A stretch of DNA of 64,000 nt, taken from NCBI GenBank assembly GCA_951406725.2, contig OX597820.1, forward strand, positions 33,542,001-33,606,000. The letters are read 5' to 3'. Made by a program: the position numbers and the translations under genes. Positions 39,401 through 53,827 of the stretch are shown in pieces; the stretch's first letter is position 1, and each line of letters starts with the position of its first letter. This DNA comes from Octopus vulgaris. Taxonomy: Eukaryota. Under the pieces are notes generated by a model, which was not told the origin of the DNA, did not search any database, and worked only from the letters and a program-made list of their open reading frames with translations.

Positions 39401-40461
39401 GTGCTGTTTTCTTGTATTGTTTCTGGGCTGCCCCTTGTTTGACGTACATCTCACGGGCCATCAGTGGTAATTTCTGCTTAAACTTTCTTTTTACCAGCTG
39501 CTAGTGCTTCATCAAAACCAAAGTTCGCATTTTGGTTTGCTTTACTGTGGTTGAGAAGAACTGTCGTGTTGCATAGAGCCATCTTGTGCTCTAAAAAATT
39601 TGTAATAACTGGAAAGACTCTATATATTTGTACTGCTGAGTAATCCAAGAGTAAGGTACACCATAGAAGACTTTTCGGCAGTCTATGTATGCTGTGCTTA
39701 GTTTTCATTTTATGATAGTTTTCAAGTGCTATGTTGTTGATGAGTTGGTCTTGGCAGTCATATAAGCTTTTTTTGACAGCCCTTCTGTTCAACAAGAAAT
39801 ATGTTGTTTTCAAAAAAAGTATGTCTGCTATTATAAGGATTATTAACGCAACGAGCTGGCTGAATTGCTAGCACACCTCACAAAATGCTTAGAAGTATTT
39901 CGTCCGTCTTTTCGTTCTGAAGTTCAAATTCCGCCGAGGCCGACTTTACTTTCCACCCTTTCGGGATCGATAAAATAAGTAACAGTTGCTCACTGAGATC
40001 GATGTAATTGACTTACCTTGTCCCATGAAATCGCTGGCCTTGTGTCAGAATTTGAAATCATTATTATTTAATGAAAACTCTCAGCTTATTTTGCTGGGTA
40101 TGATGGAAAGTGTCAGCTGTCCACAGCCAGCAGACTAAAGTACACTTGTTCACTAGTCATGCTTCAAGAACCTTGCGAAGAATTCTTACAGTTCCAAGCA
40201 ATGTAGGTGTTCTGTCTTTACAATTATACCAATCATTTTGAGCCATGTTGCTAGTTGAGTACTGATACTTCCAAGTGCGCCAATTGCACTTGGTATTACA
40301 TCTACTCTCCTCATTACTACAGCCTTCGTATTTCCTACTTCAAATCGTCGTAGTTGTTCAGTTTTTCTTCTTTTTTTTGGTGGGGTGGGGTCTTGTTATG
40401 CTATGTCGATTATTATGCAAGTTCTTTCTTTTTTATTCTCTACAACAATGTCCGATTTCCG

Positions 40462-40564
<103 letters not shown>

Positions 40565-40572
40565 CATCATCA

Positions 40573-40657
<85 letters not shown>

Positions 40658-40671
40658 CATCATTATCATCA

Positions 40672-40738
<67 letters not shown>

Positions 40739-41287
40739 CATTATTATTATTATTATTATTACTATTATTATTAAGGCAGTGAGCTGGCAGAATCGTTAAA
40801 GCATCGGACAAAATGCTTGGCGGCATTTCTTCTGGCTCTTTACGATCGGAATCCCAACCCCACCACGGTCAACTTTGCTCTTTATCCTTCTGGGGTCAAT
40901 AGGATACAATGCCAGTTGAATACATGGGGCGAAGTTATCGAATAATGCCATTCCCTCAAAATTTCTGGTTTTATACAATGATCATTGTTTTTAATTCAAA
41001 TCCCACATGAGTTAACTTCGTCCTTCATTTTTCCAGAGTCGATAAAATAAAGTACCAGTCAGTTACTAGGGTCAATGTCATCGATTACACACCTCCCCAA
41101 CAAAATTTGAGACCTTATGTCTATGTTAAAAATCATTTGAATGGTTAAAACTTTTGAGAATATTGTAGAGATTTGGTTGTAAAACCGTAAATAACCTTGC
41201 GTTGTTTCTGCTTTTATTGTGCCCTGAGCCCGAAAATATATTAATAAAATTGTAAGTACTGTCGCTTGTTTAATGCTTCTATCGTAG

Positions 41288-41349
41288 CCTGTGCGTTTAG
41301 TAAAGGAAACATATCACTGCAAGCTGATGATACGTTCATTAGTTGCATG
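41288..41349 (+). CDS. Candidate exon 7 (62 nt, phase 1-0)
   Basis: Acceptor tgcttctatcgtag, donor atg|gtgagt; (S)CAFSKGNISLQADDTFISCM. Confidence 0.55.
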
Positions 41350-41858
41350 GTGAGTTCTACCTACACTTAGGTGTACTGATCTTGTTAATGTTTCTCGACG
41401 CAGGATCGTTGGCAGGACATGATTTACCTTGACTGGTTTTCTAATACGTTATTAATCCTATCTGCTCCATTATCTATGGTTCTCAGGTTAACGGTAGTAC
41501 AAACCCAGACGGTTTAGTGGTAGATAAACTAAAGCACTAACAGGGCTTCCCGAAAGAAAGCGTTCACTGTGCAGGAAAATGATAATGGAAGTAATTATAT
41601 ATTCAAGGGATGGAATTAAGTGAAACATTTACGTAGTCTTAGTAAGAATACCAAATATACATTTAAACATACATACATACATACATACATACATACATAC
41701 ATACATACATACATACATACACATGCGCACGCACGCATGCACATACATGATGGCTGCAACAAGTTTTCGAGTAATGCCGTTGCTTGATATTGCTCTTGAA
41801 CATGAGCAGCACGGATGTACCTTTTTATTCCTGCAAGGGACTTATTTTTTTCGCATAG

Positions 41859-41885
41859 ATTTGGCAACGATAAGCACCTCTTTCA
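41859..41885 (+). CDS. Candidate micro-exon (27 nt; frame unresolved)
   Basis: Acceptor ttatttttttcgcatag, donor gtatgt; open in phases 1 and 2 only. Confidence 0.3.
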
Positions 41886-42431
41886 GTATGTGTCCAGAGA
41901 GTTTGGAACGTACGCTGACACATAACTTCATTCCATTTTATCGAAATTTTCATTGAGTGTTTTGTGTTTTGCCGTTTTTTGCCTACGAGCGATAGCATGC
42001 AACACATAATAGATACGTTAGAAATCAAGTGATGCCTGTCCCCGATGTTTCTTAAATTGAGGAAAAGTACGCCTTACCCAAAAAGAACAAGTCAACATCA
42101 CTGGATGCAAGCGAAGTCGTAGACATTACATTAGTCTTCGTTCTCCTGTTGGATGGCTGTTGACTACTGTGCTCATCTGTCCTACGGCAGGTTTTCCTTT
42201 TCATCCTTCAAAGTGTCCAACAAAAACGATCATTCTTAGGAAGCATGATTGATAGGTTTGACGATTCATTCGCTGCTGGCACGACCATGCGACAGGTTGT
42301 ATTGGATTAAATGTTGCCGATAGCACTAAAAGCGACCTGACATACATACACATACATACATACATACATACATACATACATACATACATACATACATACA
42401 TACATACATACATACATACATACATACATAC

Positions 42432-42665
42432 ATTAGGGCACTAGGATATGTAACACACTGCCTAAATACCAATCTTGAGAAATTAGGCTTCTCAAAACCA
42501 GAAAGGAGAAAGCTGATTTGAAGACTACAGATCAAAGCCATCACTGCAACTGTAAAAATCTATAAAACTTTCCAGAAATTTATCATTTAAGTATATATGA
42601 GCCTGTCTAGATATGCAAGTATATGCATGAGAAGATATACATAAAATAAAACATACAAATCTGCA
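42432..42665 (+). mobile_element. 3' tip of an RLE-type LINE in (CATA)n
   Basis: LGALGYVTHCLNTNLEKLGFSKPERRKLI*RLQIKAITATVKIYKTF; (CATA)n on both sides. Confidence 0.6.
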
Positions 42666-42749
42666 TGTATACATACATACGTACGTACATACATACATAC
42701 ATACATACATACATACATACATACATACATACATACATACATACATACA

Positions 42750-42783
<34 letters not shown>

Positions 42784-43626
42784 CATACATACATACATAA
42801 TAGATATACGCGCAGTTTTCCGATTGATTTTACATAATCACTGCGAATATTTAGCACTTGGATATTAGAGAACAGATTGCTGCGTGCTTTCATTAATTTA
42901 CCTAAATAAGCGAAACAACATATTACTCCAATCTACCAGATTTTACTTTCGTGTTTGGAGAAAACTTTTGTATTTGCCCTTAAATAGCTCTAAAATCTCA
43001 GATCAACAAATCATGTCCCTCCACTAAAACAAGATTGAGAACATATCCTAGAAATCTCTGTCACCCAATGACAGGAACATTTTAGTAAAATTTATTCGCT
43101 GCGCTATTTCATATAGTTACATAAATAAATATGGCAGTATATTTAAATTGTTTACTTCACACTTACGTGGTTTCCTGAGCTATTGGCTTCGACCTTAGAC
43201 TTACGTTAACTAATAACTTGTCTGTCAAACTGGATTCAGGGAAACTATATAGAAACTCACCTGACGTACTGAGCAGATTGATGGTTATTCGATTTAATCC
43301 GTTCCTTAATTTAACACCTCCATATATTCAGTGGAAACATTTAAGCGAACTTTACACTGAGCAGTCATTCGGATCTATGTTCTCGCTACGAACACAACTC
43401 AGCACCGCTCGATATATTTGGCAATGTTTCCTACAAGCAAGCCTCGAGAAGACAGCTTTTCTTTTCTCCTTCCATTAACCTGTCTTGGAGACGTAGTTTT
43501 AAAAGTCACGATGCTGCCCATCCGTCCCATACCCCATCTTCAATAAGTCATTAAAACAGAAGATAAAGTTAATCAGAATAATGCTATTGTTGTTCATTTT
43601 TTTAAATTGCTTATCTCACCTTACAG

Positions 43627-43656
43627 AACCTATGGAGTTGAAGATTATGTCCTTGG
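43627..43656 (+). CDS. Candidate micro-exon (30 nt; frame unresolved)
   Basis: Acceptor tctcaccttacag, donor gg|gtaagc; TYGVEDYVLG (phase 2) or PMELKIMSL (phase 1). Confidence 0.45.
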
Positions 43657-43780
43657 GTAAGCAAAAAACTATCTTGTTCGCGATGATTATATGTATCTCT
43701 CTCTCTCTATGCATAATATGTATAATATATATAACTATATCTATATCTATATGTATATGTATGTATATATATATTATACA

Positions 43781-43839
<59 letters not shown>

Positions 43840-43907
43840 GATATTTATACATATATATAAATATTATGTTTATATATGTATTATATATTATACATATACA
43901 ATATATA

Positions 43908-43958
<51 letters not shown>

Positions 43959-44034
43959 ATATATATATATGTATATATTATATATATAATATATATATAA
44001 TATAGATATGTATATATATATAGATATATGTATG

Positions 44035-44081
<47 letters not shown>

Positions 44082-44331
44082 CGTAGTCGATATATCCGAA
44101 AAAAGAAGCACACCCTAAAACATTAGAGCAAGATATTTATAGAAGGTTGATTGTTACGCCCTGAGGCATATGACCTCTCTACAACTGGAGGATAAAAAAC
44201 GTCATGGTAAATATGATTTGTAAACAGAAAATATATACATCCGGAATGACTCTGCAGGTAATATTTCTAGCGGAGCAGAGTTATCCCCCTATGAGTCATT
44301 CTCTGACCGGCTATAATAATCAACCTTATAT

Positions 44332-44420
<89 letters not shown>

Positions 44421-44752
44421 ATATATATATATACATAAATACATATATGCCTATATACATATATATACATATAAGCATATATATATATACATATACATAT
44501 GTATATACATATATACATATATACATATATATACAGGCATATATATATGCATATATATAAATATGTACATATATATACATACATAGACATACATACATAT
44601 ATACAAATACATATACATATATATATGCATATATATATATTTATATATGCACATATATGTGTGTGTGTGTGTGTTAAATAAAATGAGACAACCAAGCCAA
44701 GGCTGTGTTGAATTTCCAAGACATTTATAAAGAGAATGTTTGTCTTACAGCT

Positions 44753-45050
44753 GTACACACCACTTTCCTTGAATAATGGAACTGTAACTATAGCATCTTT
44801 ATATATATATATATATATTTATTTGTTTATTTTTATTTCTGCATTCATTCTCCTATTTCCTTTATATACTCCTTATTTCCTTCCTTTTCCAAATAACTCC
44901 TTACAGTGAATATCTCCCTATATTTAACCATCTCACATCGTTTCTAATGAAGGAATATCCCTAAACCGTAAAACTAATTTTGTCTCTATAAATGTCCAGA
45001 AAATCCCAGACACCCTTGGGTTTGTTAGCTCATCTTATTTAATATATAGA
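44753..45050 (+). mobile_element. TA-associated repeat with degenerate hammerhead (44940-44974)
   Basis: gttt-CTAATGA-aggaatatccc-TAAA-ccg-TA-aaac; 5' part matches 62410-62520. Confidence 0.55.
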
Positions 45051-45214
45051 TGCTCATACAAGACCCGCATTAGACTCCTTACTCGTAGCATTATCGACCG
45101 AGAGTTTAACTACGGTCTTTCCATTAGGACTCACATAGCGTTGCCTACCACCTTGGGTCTCTGGATACCAATACCTCTCATATATATATATGGAGTAAAA
45201 GTTGTTTGCCAACA

Positions 45215-45402
45215 TAACACGGCAGTCCTGTTTTAGGACGAATGCTGCTGTAATTTAGCGCTGGGAGACATCGTCTTCAGCTGGCTATACGACACGATCT
45301 GTGTCCTTACATTTTTCGAACAATGTAAGGACCGAGCTGGAGACGATGTCTCCTGGGGCTAAATTACAACAACATTCGTCCTAAACCAGGACTGCCATGT
45401 TA
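45215..45402. repeat. MITE-like inverted repeat
   Basis: ~68-bp arms (taacacggcagtcctg... / ...caggactgccatgtta) plus an internal hairpin. Confidence 0.85.
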
Positions 45403-45578
45403 CGTTTTTTCTCGTTCTCTCGCCTTTTTCCCCCTCACAATACTTTTTGTTGAAGAATGTAGGATCCAAATGTCAAAAACTTTTACATTCTTCCCGAGCG
45501 TTAAACTACTACACCTGCTTGTTGTACTAACTCCTGTCTTCGTCTTTTGTTTTCTGTAAATTTGAACACTGTGTATAT

Positions 45579-45712
<134 letters not shown>

Positions 45713-45713
45713 G

Positions 45714-45815
<102 letters not shown>

Positions 45816-46122
45816 TGTATGTATGTATGTATGTATGTATGTATGTGTGTATGTATGAATACATACATGATTGTATATATATATGACTGACTCGCTCGCT
45901 TTATTTTACGCATTTATGTACAACAGAATTAATATCTATTAGTTTCAGCCAACAATCTGCATGTAAATTAAAACTTAATTGAATGTATTTGATCACTATA
46001 AATCCAATTGTCCTCGTGCAATTTCTTCTTGGACAAAAAATGCGGAATCAGCTGGTGAAGCCTTAATCTTTATTGACTTTAGCAGCAACTGACCACCGTT
46101 TTCATTTACTGCATATGCCGCG

Positions 46123-46197
<75 letters not shown>

Positions 46198-46234
46198 GTT
46201 GTTATTATTATTATTATTATTATCATCATCATCA

Positions 46235-48345
46235 TCATCATCTCAGATTTTGTTGGAGCTCCTGGAGTCTTGCATGAGTAGCAGGCTTGCTGTCTGCAGC
46301 TTACGGTACTATACTATCTGTTCTTTTCAACTATCTAATACTTCCTTGATTATTCTGGCTGTGCCAAAGAAGCAAACCTTTTGTAACAGTTCTACTACGT
46401 ACAGTATTCTGATTTCCTTTATATTCCTCTTGATGCCTTCTGATACTGTCCCCAACGACCCAACAATAATTAGCACTATCTTCACCTTCTTCATATTCCA
46501 GAACCGGGCTGTTTCGTATTTAAGAGGGTCGTATTTATCTACATTTTCCCCTTCCTTCTTGACTATTCGTGGGTCAAAGGGACACGCAAAAGCAACTATA
46601 CAGCACATGTGGTGCATCTTATCGACCACCACTAGGTCCGGCCTGTTATATTCTAGCACCTGATCTGTTTGGATTGGGAAATCCCAGAGGATTTTGCTAG
46701 TTTCCGATTCCACCACTCTCTGCGATTTATGCTCATACTATGTCTTGCCTCTCTCTAGCTCCCACTTTTCGCACAGTTTCGCCACAACTTGTAGAGGTTT
46801 AGAGCAAGTCTAGGGTCTTCGTTCGTGATATGCAATGGTTTCGTCCACTCTATTACAGATGCGGCACAGCGGAGATACTTGCTCATTCTAAAAGTTGATC
46901 CTCCAATTCGTGGCCAAAGCTTTGTCTTGCGCTGCTAGCAAAATGCTCTCAGTGTCTTTTTTTTCGGTGTTCCTTTCTTCAGCCAATCCCACCTATGTCT
47001 TCCAGCAACTTCAGTTGTGGCTACATGGAATTGATTTTGTAGCACCTTGTTGCGTAATGCTTCTACATGTACTTCTTCCTTTGTTTTCCCCTTTTTCTCT
47101 GCTTTCAATACTCCCTCATTCCTAACTGACACCAGCAAAGTTCTCTTACTTTGAGATAAGTATCTCATTAAGCGCTCGAGTTCGATACCTACGCAGTCTT
47201 CCACACTTATCAGTCCCCTTCCATCATTTGCTCTCTTCATGTATAGGCGATCAGTGTTTGCATGTGGATGATGGGCTCCATGCAGCGTTCGGAGCTTTCT
47301 TGACTTCTTGTCCAACTCTTTTAGCACCTCTTCAGTCCACTTCAGGATTCCAGCGCCATACCGAACAACTGCGCCTGCGCACGAGTTTATTGTCGAAATT
47401 ATGTTTCTGGCATTCAAAGTTTAAGTCAATATTTTTATTACTCGCCGCAGGTACTCTTTCATTGTCTTTTTTCTCATATCATTGTATTTAATTCCATCTG
47501 CCTCAAATATTATCAGGTATTTATAACCGGACTGAGTTTCAATTGCCTTCATAATTTCACCACTTGGCATACATATGCCTTCTGGCTGTGTGGTAAGTAG
47601 CTTGCTTACCAACTACATGGTTCCGAGTTCATTCCCACTGCGTGGCATCTTGGGCAAGTGTTTTCTACAATAGCTTCGGGCCGACCAAAGCCTTGTGAGT
47701 AGATTTGGTAGACGGAAACTGAAAGACTCCCGTCGTATATATGTATATATATATATTTGTGTGTATGTTTGTGTGTCTGTGTTTGTCTCCCTAACATTGC
47801 TTGACAACTGATGCTGGTATGCTTATGTCCCCGTTACTTAGCGGTTCGGCAAAAGAGACCGATAGTATAAGTGCTAGGCTTACCAAGAATAAGTCCCCAG
47901 GTCGATTTGCTCGACTAAAGGCGGTGCTCCAGCATGGCCGCAGTCAAATGACTGAAACAAGTAAAAGAGTAAAAGAGTCTCATCAACATTGTGGCCAATT
48001 TTGAGAGACCAAACTCCATAATTCGAGAAAATCCGCACAAACTCTATTTTCACTTCTAATACCTGATTTCCTGGTGTCAATTCAGTTCTCCAGTTCATGC
48101 TGTTCCGTACAAGGCTTCTCATGTTTTCTGCTACTCCATAAATTCCGATGATTCTTGTTATATTTTTTCCAGTTCTGCCTGCTACTACTCTTTGTTTCAA
48201 TTCTTCAGTATCGCATCATACCCTCTATCTCTTATTCTATATGTTCTTCCCAGTCTTATTTTTATGCTTCCGTTCTGCAATTCCCCTCTTTTCAATCCAT
48301 CAATTTCTTCTAGATGATTTTTTAAACTGTCATTATTGAACTGTT
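46235..48345 (-). mobile_element. R4/Dong-like RLE LINE, decayed, with SINE insertion
   Basis: YKYL, DRLYMKRANDGRGLISVE, ILWDFPIQTD..NRPDLVVVD, KYDPL, VGSLG; bounded by TAA/TCA tracts. Confidence 0.88.
47582..47978 (+). mobile_element. SINE family A nested in the LINE
   Basis: Collinear with 8868-9246. Confidence 0.9.
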
Positions 48346-48357
48346 AGTATTATTATA

Positions 48358-48424
<67 letters not shown>

Positions 48425-48465
48425 CATCATCATCATCATCATCGTCGTCGTCGTCGTCGTCGTCG

Positions 48466-48505
<40 letters not shown>

Positions 48506-48740
48506 TATTACTCAGAATTGTTAGCACGCCGGGCAAAGTCATTATCGGCATTTTGTCCGTCTTTGGTTTACAGTTTCTGTGATTCTCTTTATTTTGGAAT
48601 CCATTGTATTTATAATTTTTTCCGCGGACGGATCTGATTTTTGATCCCTTAAAGTACTGGTGACGTCTTGTTTTTCTGGTAGTCAAGTTCTGCCTGGTTG
48701 GCTTATATATACATATACATACACACACACAGGAGCACAC

Positions 48741-48797
<57 letters not shown>

Positions 48798-48798
48798 A

Positions 48799-48856
<58 letters not shown>

Positions 48857-48871
48857 ATACATATATATATG

Positions 48872-48941
<70 letters not shown>

Positions 48942-48970
48942 CAGAATAAGCAACAAAAATGACTCCGGTA

Positions 48971-49059
48971 ATTTGGTACAATTGTTTCGCACTACATCAT
49001 TTTATTAAAAGCTTTAGTATTACAGCAGATTTAAGATGCTGAGTGCTCATCAGCCAAAT
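48971..49059 (-). ncRNA. Type I hammerhead ribozyme with extended stem II
   Basis: Minus strand atttgg-CTGATGA-gcact...agtgc-GAAA-caattg-TA-ccaaat. Stems I and II perfect; lies in a TA-flanked unit 48940-49215. Confidence 0.88.
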
Positions 49060-49215
49060 ATATAGGTTTTCCATTAATACAAAAGCTTTCAAATCAAGTA
49101 GTAACATTATAAAGAAGGTAGATATACAGATAAAAATGTAGATTTAAATTTTAAGAACATATGATGGTTGTAAAGTTCTGCCACTGACTGACCAGGTTAT
49201 GGCTGTATCTAACTG

Positions 49216-49292
<77 letters not shown>

Positions 49293-49357
49293 CATATACA
49301 TATATATATGAATATATACACATATACATATATATGTGTGTACATATATATATATAT

Positions 49358-49651
49358 ATCACCGTGATCATCGTGATCGACCAGGCTATCAGATGTTGCT
49401 ACACATCGCTGGTCACAATGCGCTTTGTATTGGTTTAGCCTTCAAATGACGCCACCCCGCTGGCTACACGAGCAGACCAACAGAAGAAAGAGAGAAAGTT
49501 GTGGCGAAAGAGTACAGCAGGGATCGTCACGACCCTCTACCGGAGCCTCGCGGAGCTTTAAGTGTTTTCGCTCAATAACCACCCACAACGCCAGGTCTGG
49601 GAATCTAAACCGCGAGTCCGCTACCCTAACCACTGGTCCATTGCGCCTCCG
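49358..49651 (-). mobile_element. SINE family C head with alternative tail
   Basis: ggaggcgcaatggaccagtggttaggg on the minus strand. Confidence 0.82.
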
Positions 49652-49680
49652 CATATATATATACATGTATATATATATAC

Positions 49681-49799
<119 letters not shown>

Positions 49800-50208
49800 T
49801 AAGCACTTAAGCAACGTTGCTGCTTGACAGGTGGGCCAAGGGAACGATCTCGTTCATTGCACACCCTCCTCCTGGTTCGAAGGCTTGTACCTCCAGACAG
49901 CTAGTCGGCTCTGGCTGCTGGAACTGAAACTAGCACGACACTGCTGGAAGGTAGGTTTATAGCGGGCGCGGAACAAAATTACATGTCCTTACCCTCTATT
50001 GGTCAGTTGAAGCTTAGATAGTGTCACGTGACAGTTAGTTAGTGCTGGCTGCTGGAGCCTACAGGCAAGTATTTAGAGGGAAGTTTGACAGGATGGTCAT
50101 TCTCCTGCTGACATTCGTTGACGCTGCAACGAAGAAACCAACGAACAAAAGAAGGGGAAAAAAAGGAGAAAGCAAAAACAAACGCACCCAACACCAAAGT
50201 TGTTGATG

Positions 50209-50250
50209 CCTCCGATGGGTGAGGCCCCGCTACGTCGAAAACGGTAGAGG
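50209..50250 (+). ncRNA. Degenerate hammerhead core
   Basis: cct-CCGATGG-...-GAAA-acgg-TA-gagg. Confidence 0.4.
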
Positions 50251-50387
50251 AGTAGGGACCAAAACCGGACGACGGTAGTATTTAGATTCAGACGATTATA
50301 TTTTGTTCCAATTATTAAAAATCATTTTTGTTAATTTAATGTACAATAACAAATGTTCTCAAAGCCAATCTTCATTTTTATTTTCAG

Positions 50388-50466
50388 ACAACTGAACCGT
50401 GACCAGTCGTTGGTGCTGATGCAATCTATGAAGATGACGAGTATATGCGTGTGTAAAAACAAATAA
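50388..50466 (+). CDS. Candidate terminal exon
   Basis: Acceptor ttcatttttattttcag. Phase 2 gives QLNRDQSLVLMQSMKMTSICVCKNK*; phase 1 stops at 50393. AATAAA at 50462 is followed by a GT-rich tract. Confidence 0.5.
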
Positions 50467-50783
50467 ACTTTTTGTTGCTTTAAACAACTACATGTTTTGT
50501 GTTTTTGTTTGTTTTATGTGTAACTTTTTCACATCTTATTTATTTCTTTTAGTCTGTGATTAGTATGTGTTTTTATCAGTCGTTGTTGTTGTATTTGCTG
50601 TTGCTGCTGTAGACGTTATCTAACCCCAGGTCAGTTATGACTAAGCTAGGACTTATCATCTAAGGAGTCGCGAGCAGCCATCACTACACCGTAAATTCCC
50701 CAAGTATATATTATAATGCACAGGGTAATATAATACAAAACAAAACTAGATAGGGAAACATTAGTCAGCAATACATGTATAGT

Positions 50784-51109
50784 CGGAGGCGCAATGGCCC
50801 AGTGTTTAGGGCAGCGGACTCGCGGTCGGAGGATTGCGGTTTCGATTCCCAGACCGGGCGTTGTGTGTGTTTAATGAGCGAAAACACCTAAAGCTCCACG
50901 AGGCTCCGGCAGGGAGGTGGTGGCGAACCCCTGTTGTACTCTTTTGCCCCAACTTTCTCGCACTCTTTCTTCCTGTTTCTTGAATAACGCTGCGATGGAC
51001 TGGCGTCACGTCCAGCTGGGGAGGGGGAGCACATATGCCACAGAAACCGGGAAAACGGACCCATGAGCCTTGCTAGGCTTGAAAAGGGCGCATAAAAAAA
51101 TTTATAAAA
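50784..51109 (+). mobile_element. SINE family C with 11-bp TSD
   Basis: acatgtatagt at 50773-50783 and 51110-51120. Confidence 0.9.
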
Positions 51110-51219
51110 ACATGTATAGTACACAGAATTTCTCAAAAATAAAGGATCAGTGATGAAAGCACAACTCAGTAACACGACGCAAAGCTAAAATACATTCACA
51201 TACACCGTGCACTAGCCAT

Positions 51220-51550
51220 GTGAAGGCGCATGGCTTGGCGGTTGTGGTATTCGGTTCACAATCATAAGATGGTAAGTTCGATCCCTGATGACGTGTCGTG
51301 TCCTTAAGCAAGACACTATATTACACGTTACTCCAGTTCATTCAACTGGCAAAATGAGTAGTGCCTGTAATTCAGAGAAGCAGCCCTGTCACATTCTGTG
51401 TCACGCTGAATCTCAGGATGTTAACTATGTTAAGGGTACTTGTGTCTGTGGAATGCTCAACCACTTGTACGTTAATTTCACGAAGTAGCTGTTCCGTTGA
51501 TCGGATCAACTGGAACCCTCGTCATCGTAACCGACGGAGGGCCAGTTAGT
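51220..51550 (+). mobile_element. SINE family B with TSD
   Basis: cactag(c/t)catg on both sides. Confidence 0.85.
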
Positions 51551-51662
51551 TTACACTAGTCATGATCAACTAGACAGAAAAACCTTAGTCAATAACACAT
51601 CTATAGTACACAGAATTTCTCACAAAAAAATAAAGGATCAATGATGAATGCACAGCTCAGTA

Positions 51663-52040
51663 GAGAAGCACTCCGTCGGTTACGACGACGAGGGTTCCGG
51701 TTGATCCGAATCAACGGAACAGCCTGCTCGTGAAATTAACGTGTAAGTGGCTGAGCACTCCACAGACACGTGCACCCTTAACGTAGTTCTCGGGGATATT
51801 CAGCGTGACACAGAGAATGACAAGGCCGGCCCTTTGAAATACAGGTACAACAGAAACAGGAAGTAAGAGTGAGAGAAAGTTGTGGTGAAAGAGTACAGCA
51901 GGGATCACCACCATCCCCTGCCGGAGCCTCGTGGAGCTTTAGGTGTTTTCGCTCAATAAACACTCACAACGCCCGGTCTAGGAATCGAAACCGCGATCCT
52001 ATGACCGCAAGTCCGCTGCCCTAACCACTGGGCGCCTCCA
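51663..52040 (-). mobile_element. SINE family C with TSD
   Basis: cacag(c/t)tcagta on both sides; 31-bp junction unit triplicated at 52033-52116. Confidence 0.9.
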
Positions 52041-52520
52041 CACAGTTCAGTAACATAACATTGCGCCTCCACACAGTTCAGTAACATAACATTGCGCCTC
52101 CACACAGTTCAGTAACACAACACAGTAACACAATTTACACACACCGTACACTACTCATGAATAGAAAGAAAGCATTCCCTAAGTGATGATGACGTATACA
52201 CGAAAATTCAAAATTCCGGTGATAGTTTCCACACCAGTCATATTGGGCAACCCACACAGCTTAATAGAAAATAGGTACCACCTGATTTAATTCAACCTAT
52301 TGAATTAATATCGATACCTTAATCGGAAATTTTTTTCTTTAATCTTGCAAAAGTGTGCTTCCATCCCGAACATAAATATAGGAAATATTCGCCGTAAATT
52401 CATTTCAAATTATCTTCATAACATTAAAGAACTTCGCTAATATCATGCTATCAGTTAATTATGGTGATGATAATGATGATGATGACGACGACGATGACGT
52501 TGATGATAATGATGATGATC

Positions 52521-52570
<50 letters not shown>

Positions 52571-52714
52571 CCTTTCTTCTATAGGCCTGAAATTATTCCA
52601 GTGCATAACTGGTACTTTATTTATAAACAGCGAAAGGATGGAATGCAAAGATAACATCAGCGGAATAATAATAGCAACAACAACAACAATAATAATAATG
52701 TTATGATGATGATG

Positions 52715-52775
<61 letters not shown>

Positions 52776-53032
52776 TTTCCAATTTTGGCACAAGGCTAGC
52801 AATTTCGGGGGAGAAGTAAGTCGATTGCATCGACCACAGCACTCAAATGGTCCTTATTTTATAATATAATTATAATAATCCTTTCTATAATAGGCACAAG
52901 CACTTGACTGGTACTTAATTTATCGACCTTGAAAAGTTGGTCACAGTAGAATTTGAACTCAGAACGCAGCGACAGATGAAATACTGTGAGGCATTTCACC
53001 CGGCGTGCTAATGATTCTTTCAGCTCACTGCC

Positions 53033-53105
<73 letters not shown>

Positions 53106-53107
53106 TA

Positions 53108-53742
53108 ATAATAAATCATATTATCTCTGGCTGCCCAGTCCTAGCTAAGAAGGAATATATTCACAGACATGACAGAGTCGGAACCTACATACACTGGAAG
53201 CTATGCCAACATTATGGAATAACAACAGAAAAAAGATGGTATAGGCACACACCAGAAAAGGTCACAGAAAACGGGAAAGCAACCATACTCTGGGATATGC
53301 CGATACACACAGATAGAGAAATTAAGGCCAACAGACCAGATATAGTTGTCAGAGATCATGAAGAAAAAAAATGCTTTCTAATTGATGTATCAATACCGGC
53401 AGATGACAACGTATCTCTAAAAGAAATGGAGAAACTTTCAAAATACAAAGACCTGGAAATAGAGGTAACCAGAATGAGGAATCTAAAAACAAACAATTCC
53501 TATCATAGTAGGTGCATTAGGCATGATAAAAAAATATTCAGACAAATACATAACAAAAACACCAGGACTTACAAACACATATAACATACAGAAAATTGCA
53601 CTACTAGGCACTGCACACATCCTACGCAGAACACTTTCCATACAATAACCATCAGAGCATCACAACAAATCACAGCACATACCTAAGGCACACAGAGCTG
53701 CGCTCGGTAGTGAAGTGAAAGCACGCTATACAAATAAAACTA

Positions 53743-53747
<5 letters not shown>
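53108..53747 (+). mobile_element. R4/Dong-like LINE 3' fragment in (TAA)n
   Basis: RHD, NRPDIVV..LIDVSIP..EKLSKY; nearly identical to 55445-56092. Confidence 0.93.
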
Positions 53748-53826
<79 letters not shown>

Positions 53827-53827
53827 T

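Noticed and set aside
41487-41590. Bridging exons 41487-41511 or 41575-41590
   Set aside because: Weak donors, several incompatible solutions and no independent support.
50784-50860. Functional tRNA genes at SINE heads
   Set aside because: They continue into shared SINE bodies with TSDs and lack a clean cloverleaf and terminator.
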